Positions 15,660 through 20,000 of a stretch of 20,000 nt of DNA are shown one piece after another. Each line of letters opens with the position of its first letter. The first letter of the stretch is position 1. The notes beneath the pieces are model-generated. The model ran no database searches and was not told where the DNA came from. It saw nothing but the letters and a program-made list of their open reading frames with translations. The stretch comes from an uncultured virus (IMG/VR IMGVR_UViG_3300002461_000499). Lineage: Duplodnaviria > Heunggongvirae > Uroviricota > Caudoviricetes. Location of the stretch: the IMG/VR virus record IMGVR_UViG_3300002461_000499. One strand, written 5' to 3'. A program made the translations under genes and the position numbers.

Positions 15660-16385
15660 ATGGATAATATAAAAAACAGTTTCGTATTGCCCGAGGGTAC
15701 ATCCGAATTAATCATTCGCGAAGGTCAAGCGCCCGACGTTGTTCAGCCTGACCCCTATAAATTTTCGGGCTTGCTCGATGCACCCGGTATTTATTTCACA
15801 AAGCGACAGGCAGCCCAGGGCGGGAAATATTTCGACCCGCAACATTCCGTCGTCGAAGTCGATTACGATGCGCAAAAAATCACGTTACGCGCAATGCCTT
15901 CGCTGCCGAGCGGCGATGTCATTACCGGCACGCTGTTCGCCGAATCTCGTTTGAAGCCGTTCAGGCTTAACGAGGGCGCCGTGTGGAAACCCTACGACCT
16001 GGCCGTGTTCATCCGCAAAAACAAAATGTACTTTGCTGATCCCGAACAAGCGTTGCAAATGGTTCACGAACTGTCGACGCTGAAACTTTCCGTAAAAGGC
16101 GAAATCGAAATCGCTGACGATAACAGGGGCAACACAAAAAGGCTGTTTTCACAGCAAACAAACACTACGATCCCGGTATCTTTTACTTTGAGAATGCCTA
16201 TTCTTTCCGGTGACGAAACAGTTCGTTTCAACGTCGACGTATATCTCGAAGTTGAATCCGGCAATGTTCGCATTTCCCTGGAATCGGTCGACCTGCTCGA
16301 AATGACGCAATTCGCGATTAAAGAAGCGATGCAAAAACAAATCGCAATTTTCGAGGCGTCCGGCATTCCGATTCTCTATAAATAA
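15660..16385 (+). CDS. Conserved phage hypothetical protein (possibly DUF2303/YfdQ-like)
   Basis: ATG 15660 follows TTTAAA. 'ELIIREG...DDNRGN...IP.SFTL..PI' pattern. Family assignment is tentative. Confidence 0.65.
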   Translation: MDNIKNSFVLPEGTSELIIREGQAPDVVQPDPYKFSGLLDAPGIYFTKRQAAQGGKYFDPQHSVVEVDYDAQKITLRAMPSLPSGDVITGTLFAESRLKPFRLNEGAVWKPYDLAVFIRKNKMYFADPEQALQMVHELSTLKLSVKGEIEIADDNRGNTKRLFSQQTNTTIPVSFTLRMPILSGDETVRFNVDVYLEVESGNVRISLESVDLLEMTQFAIKEAMQKQIAIFEASGIPILYK

Positions 16386-16401
16386 CACTCATTTTTAATG
16401 C

Positions 16402-16445
16402 GGCGGGCGGGGCGTTGAAAAGTCAACGAACCGCCCGTTTTTTTT
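16402..16445 (+). terminator. Rho-independent terminator
   Basis: GGCGGGCGG-GG-CGTTGA-AAAG-TCAACG-AA-CCGCCCGTT followed by a T tract. Confidence 0.8.
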
Positions 16446-16465
16446 CATTCAAACCGAAATTAAAA

Positions 16466-16768
16466 ATGTCGCACAAACTTGAAATAAATTGCTGGCTCGT
16501 CGTCTCGCAAGGTCGACGGTCGTACGAAGCAACCGGGCGCCTTGCACATAAAACCCCGAAACTTGCGCCCGGTGAAATACCGATCAAGATGCAAATTACT
16601 TTGCCCGCATCGCTTTTCAAGCAACCGCAATTCCTTGCAAAAATTGAAATCCCCGAACCTTCGCCGATTACGCCTGACGTTAAAATCGACGATACCTTGA
16701 AAGCCCTTGCCGAATCGGTTCAACAGAACATCGGAATCAAAATATCATTTGAACCTGTCGAAAATTAA
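16466..16768 (+). CDS. Hypothetical protein (100 aa; start revised from 16415)
   Basis: ATG 16466 follows AATTAAAA. The 16415 start lies inside the terminator. Confidence 0.7.
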   Translation: MSHKLEINCWLVVSQGRRSYEATGRLAHKTPKLAPGEIPIKMQITLPASLFKQPQFLAKIEIPEPSPITPDVKIDDTLKALAESVQQNIGIKISFEPVEN

Positions 16769-16771
16769 GTC

Positions 16772-17659
16772 ATGGCGCAAGACACACAAATTCAATGGAC
16801 ACATTCGCCCGAATACGGAAATCGCGGGCATACCTGGAACCCCTGGCACGGCTGTCGCAAAGTTTCGCCCGGCTGCAAATACTGTTACATGTACCGGGAT
16901 AAAACCCGATGGGGGCAAAACCCGATGGAAATTGTCACGTCGCAACCGGCAACCTTTTTCAAGCCGTTGCACTGGAAAGAACCCGCACTTGTATTTACCT
17001 GTTCTTGGTCTGACTGGTTTATCAGTGAGGCCGACGCCTGGCGTCCGACTGCCTGGGAAGTCATCAAAAAAACGCCGCATCTTACTTATCAGATTTTAAC
17101 GAAGCGCCCCGAGCGAATTATCGACAACTTGCCGCCTGACTGGGGCGAAGGTTATCCGAACGTTTGGATCGGAATATCTGCCGAGGATCAAGAAACGTTC
17201 AACGAACGCGTTCCGATCCTTGCGAAAGTTCCGGCGGCGGTTCGCTTCCTATCCCTGGAACCGCTGTTGCGTCCGATCAACTTTTTGCAGTGCCCCGGAT
17301 GGCCCGAAATTCAAGACAGAATCAACTGGGTAATTGTCGGCGGCGAATCAGGCAACGCCCTGGAAGTACCGAAACCGACCGTACCTGTTTTGTATGAAAT
17401 CTACGAAAAAGCGAAGAAAACGAAAAAGTACATCGGGGATCAGAAAGCACAATACAAGTACCGTATTTGTGTCGTCGAATGGATGGAAGTAATCGTCAAC
17501 AGCTGCAAAGCCCTGAACATTCCTGTTTTCGTTAAACAAATGGGCACGTTCATCGCGAAGCAAAACGGGTATCAGGATCATCACGGCGGCGACATCGACG
17601 AATTTCCGTTGACATTGCAAATCCGCCAGTTCCCCGAACGAAACCGTTCTTTGATATGA
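16772..17659 (+). CDS. Phage Gp37/Gp68 family (DUF5131) radical-SAM-like protein
   Basis: IQWT...TWNPWHGC.KVSPGC.YCY, FTCSWSDWF, QILTKRPER, NVWIGIS.E, FLSLEPLL, WVIVGGESG, FVKQMG. Confidence 0.93.
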   Translation: MAQDTQIQWTHSPEYGNRGHTWNPWHGCRKVSPGCKYCYMYRDKTRWGQNPMEIVTSQPATFFKPLHWKEPALVFTCSWSDWFISEADAWRPTAWEVIKKTPHLTYQILTKRPERIIDNLPPDWGEGYPNVWIGISAEDQETFNERVPILAKVPAAVRFLSLEPLLRPINFLQCPGWPEIQDRINWVIVGGESGNALEVPKPTVPVLYEIYEKAKKTKKYIGDQKAQYKYRICVVEWMEVIVNSCKALNIPVFVKQMGTFIAKQNGYQDHHGGDIDEFPLTLQIRQFPERNRSLI

Positions 17660-17898
17660 ACACCGGTGTTACGATCAATATTCCCGAAATCAACTGGCCG
17701 GCTGTTTTCCTGATCTTGATTATCCTTTTTGCCTGGCGTTATCGGTCGTATTTTTTCGATATACGGCCGACCGCCGGGCGCAAGGGAAAGCCAAAGAAAA
17801 AAGGCAAGCCGAGGTCAAAGGCTTCAAAAACGGCTTACACATTTACACCGGCCGGAACCGAAAAGGTTTACCGGCAGAAAAACGACCTTGACATTTAA
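17656..17898 (+). CDS. Small single-TM protein with a basic tail
   Basis: ATGA-coupled. WPAVFLILIILFAW is followed by a K-rich tail. Confidence 0.7.
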   Translation: MNTGVTINIPEINWPAVFLILIILFAWRYRSYFFDIRPTAGRKGKPKKKGKPRSKASKTAYTFTPAGTEKVYRQKNDLDI

Positions 17899-17910
17899 AA
17901 TTGAAATTCA

Positions 17911-18132
17911 ATGAAAAAGATGAAATTTATTGACAGGGTGAAAAGGATGATTCAAATGCCCGGCGCGATTCTTTCGCTCGTGCTGTTCTCGATTGCAGCC
18001 GTCATCGGCGCAACGAAAAATGAATCGTCACGGTTGAAAATCCGTGACGGCCTGTTCACTGCAATTCCCTGGATTGCTCTTGTTTTCTGGTTATCAATCG
18101 GATCATGGGTCGCGTGGAAAATCTGGAATTGA
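17911..18132 (+). CDS. Small two-TM membrane protein
   Basis: AILSLVLFSIAAVIGA and IPWIALVFWLSIGSWVAW. Confidence 0.65.
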   Translation: MKKMKFIDRVKRMIQMPGAILSLVLFSIAAVIGATKNESSRLKIRDGLFTAIPWIALVFWLSIGSWVAWKIWN

Positions 18133-18341
18133 TGTTGTTTTCGTGTGATGACGAGACGGTCGCGTTCCGGGATCACGAATTGCCTTTTGTGCGCCGCAAT
18201 TGGTACCGCCTTTGTTATCGACGAGATATGCAAATGGTCGATGAATACAATCAGCCGACGCACACGGAAGAATATGTTTTTCTTGAACATCCTATGTTGC
18301 CCGGCGTCGCAATCGGGTTTAATCGCAAACGGTTTTTATAA
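18132..18341 (+). CDS. Small hypothetical protein (69 aa)
   Basis: TGATG coupling at 18130-18134 and TAATG coupling at 18339-18343. Confidence 0.6.
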   Translation: MLFSCDDETVAFRDHELPFVRRNWYRLCYRRDMQMVDEYNQPTHTEEYVFLEHPMLPGVAIGFNRKRFL

Positions 18342-18991
18342 TGGCTGAATTTGTTACGTTCCCGCTTTTCACTCAAACCCGAAAATACCAACCGCCGAAA
18401 ATGTTTTTTCAGCGGCGGCGCCCTGATCCGATCTTTGTCAGATTCAAGTACGGGGAAAAGTACCGTGTGCGTGAACGCTTAATGTGGGCTTATGAAGATG
18501 GTCGGCGCGGTTCCTATGTCGAATATACGATTCTGCTGGAACACCCCGACGCGCCGGGTTGCGCGTTCGGCTTCGCTGAAAAATATTTCGGCATCACTAC
18601 AAAGCGAACACAGCGAACCCGGCAGTCAACGCCCGGCATTCCCGCCGGGTCGATTTACGCCGGTCGTCCCTCACAATGGGGCAACCCCGCAAAGGTCGGC
18701 ACCTGGTACCGGCAACGATTCGTCCGGGATAATTACGCGGCCGTGTCAATCTTTTACGATCACTGCAAAGAACTTGCCCGGAACGACCCCGAGGCTTTCG
18801 TCGCTTGGATTAAACCGCTGATCGACCGCGACATTTGTTGTTGGTGCAGCCCGAACGAACCTTGTCATGTTGACATACTGTTGTCTGTCTGCCGGTTTGT
18901 TAAACCTTACATTGACGATCCTGACTTTCGGACACTTATTCCGGCCGCTGTCGATAATTGGCCCGAAATTTCGTGTATCATTGTACTGTAA
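18341..18991 (+). CDS. DUF4326 domain protein with an N-terminal extension
   Basis: IYAGRPSQWGNP...L..RDICCWC.P..PCHVDIL signature in the C-terminal half. Confidence 0.85.
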   Translation: MAEFVTFPLFTQTRKYQPPKMFFQRRRPDPIFVRFKYGEKYRVRERLMWAYEDGRRGSYVEYTILLEHPDAPGCAFGFAEKYFGITTKRTQRTRQSTPGIPAGSIYAGRPSQWGNPAKVGTWYRQRFVRDNYAAVSIFYDHCKELARNDPEAFVAWIKPLIDRDICCWCSPNEPCHVDILLSVCRFVKPYIDDPDFRTLIPAAVDNWPEISCIIVL

Positions 18992-19016
18992 ATTTTTGAT
19001 GGGGAAAAGGGTTTTT

Positions 19017-19054
19017 GCCCGGCCGCGCGTATGCGTTGCCGGGCTTCCTTTTTT
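19017..19054 (+). terminator. Rho-independent terminator
   Basis: GCCCGGC (19017-19023) / GCCGGGC (19038-19044), then TTCC and T6. Confidence 0.7.
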
Positions 19055-19091
19055 GTGTCGAAAAAAAATCCCAAAAAAAATGGGGGCACCC

Positions 19092-19122
19092 ATTGGGAAT
19101 ATGAAAAATGCCAGTATTTTTG
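19092..19122 (+). promoter_or_regulatory. Bacteroidota-type promoter
   Basis: ATTG (19092-19095), 19 bp spacer, TATTTTTG (19115-19122). Bases 19110-19144 are identical to 699-733. Confidence 0.8.
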
Positions 19123-19163
19123 TCCTGTCAAATTGATTAAACAACAACAAAATTTAAAAGGAC

Positions 19164-19958
19164 ATGACAGCTCAAAAAAATTTCCAGCCTTCCGACGTAG
19201 CCGCTTACAAAGCCGCAAATGTTTCTGATCGTTATATCATCATCGACACGGAAAAACTTATCATCGAACTGCAAAAACGCGGGTTTGTACTTCGCGAAAT
19301 CAAACAGGCGAAAACCGGTCAAGGTCGTCACGTTGTACGGATGCGCACTGAAAACTTTACCGAAGTCGGCGGCGAAAAACTGTACCCGGAAATTATCATT
19401 ATGAACAGCTACGACAAGAAATGCGCGTTCAGTGTTGAAACCGGAATTTTCCGCCTCGTATGCTCGAACGGCCTGACGGTACGGGTACCCGGTACGGAAG
19501 GCGATTTCTACAAATGCGCTCACCTGGGCGAACCTGCAAAAGTAGCCGAGGAAATCACGGTTCGTTTTACTGAAAACCTGGAAAAAGTGTTCGGCGTTCA
19601 TCAAATGATGGTCGACAAAAAACTGACCGACAAACAGCGCGTCGACCTTGCGATGCGGGCTGCTGAAATCCGTTGGAACAAAAAATTCACACGCGCCGAG
19701 GCAAAGAAATTGCTTGCCGCCGCCCGCCCCGAGGATCAAGGAAACGACGCCTGGCGCGTTTTCAATGTCTTGCAGGAAAAAGTCATCAACGGCGGCGTAC
19801 AACTGGAAGGAATGAAACGCGTACCGCGCGGCGTTAACCGTGCCCGTGCGAATTACAAAATCAACCTCGAACTTTTTGAAGCGGCTTACGAAATCGCAAC
19901 GGTCGGCAAATTGTCCCCGCGCAAACTGTCCGAAGTTCCTGCCGAACAACTCAATTAA
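19164..19958 (+). CDS. DUF932/DUF945 family protein
   Basis: H.VR.R...PEIIIMNSYD...F....GIFRLVCSNGL...R.ED...D.W..FNV.QEK.I.GG. Confidence 0.88.
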   Translation: MTAQKNFQPSDVAAYKAANVSDRYIIIDTEKLIIELQKRGFVLREIKQAKTGQGRHVVRMRTENFTEVGGEKLYPEIIIMNSYDKKCAFSVETGIFRLVCSNGLTVRVPGTEGDFYKCAHLGEPAKVAEEITVRFTENLEKVFGVHQMMVDKKLTDKQRVDLAMRAAEIRWNKKFTRAEAKKLLAAARPEDQGNDAWRVFNVLQEKVINGGVQLEGMKRVPRGVNRARANYKINLELFEAAYEIATVGKLSPRKLSEVPAEQLN

Positions 19959-19975
19959 ATTTCAAACCAAATGTG

Positions 19976-20000
19976 CCCGGCGACATCCGATGTCGCTGGG
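19976..20000 (+). terminator. Hairpin, probable terminator cut by the window edge
   Basis: CCCGGCGACAT-CCG-ATGTCGCTGGG forms an 11-bp stem with one G-U pair. Any U tract would lie outside the window. Confidence 0.55.

Larger units (their letters stand above)
1..20000 (+). mobile_element. Bacteriophage/prophage early-recombination-replication region, likely Bacteroidota host
   Basis: Densely packed co-oriented genes with several phage-typical families (Phg_2220_C initiator, VRR-NUC, Gp37/Gp68, NinB-like, DUF932, DUF4326). Promoters match the Bacteroidota TAnnTTTG consensus. No host housekeeping operon is present. Confidence 0.9.

Noticed and set aside
17911..18132. Holin call for the small 2-TM protein
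   Set aside because: There is no endolysin or spanin nearby and it sits among early/middle genes. Hydrophobicity alone is insufficient.
19137..19949. 270-aa minus-strand ORF and the other minus-strand ORFs in the track
   Set aside because: They are antisense shadows of well-supported genes. The promoters and terminators I found are oriented for + strand transcription.

Overview
A 20 kb segment of a bacteriophage or prophage, covering the early, recombination and replication region. About 33 genes lie on the + strand. No structural, lysis, integrase or repressor genes are recognisable. Repeated TTTG/ATTG-N19-TAnnTTTG promoters and AT-rich leaders without Shine-Dalgarno motifs point to a Bacteroidota host. 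Gene order: (1) small early genes (DUF6166-like, WYL_2/SH3-like); (2) a recombination block (PD-(D/E)XK nuclease, SSB-like protein with a DDLPF tail, NinB-like protein); (3) a promoter- and terminator-bounded 7-gene module of membrane proteins, HTH proteins and two T5orf172-type GIY-YIG proteins, one apparently membrane-anchored; (4) a lambdoid-type replication initiator with five internal palindromic iterons, followed by a large putative loader; (5) VRR-NUC, RNase HI, Gp37/Gp68 (DUF5131), DUF4326 and DUF932 genes. The most notable observations are the 7-gene module and the apparent absence of YTAG/CTAR tetramers on both strands. All family calls come from motif recognition by eye, not database searches.
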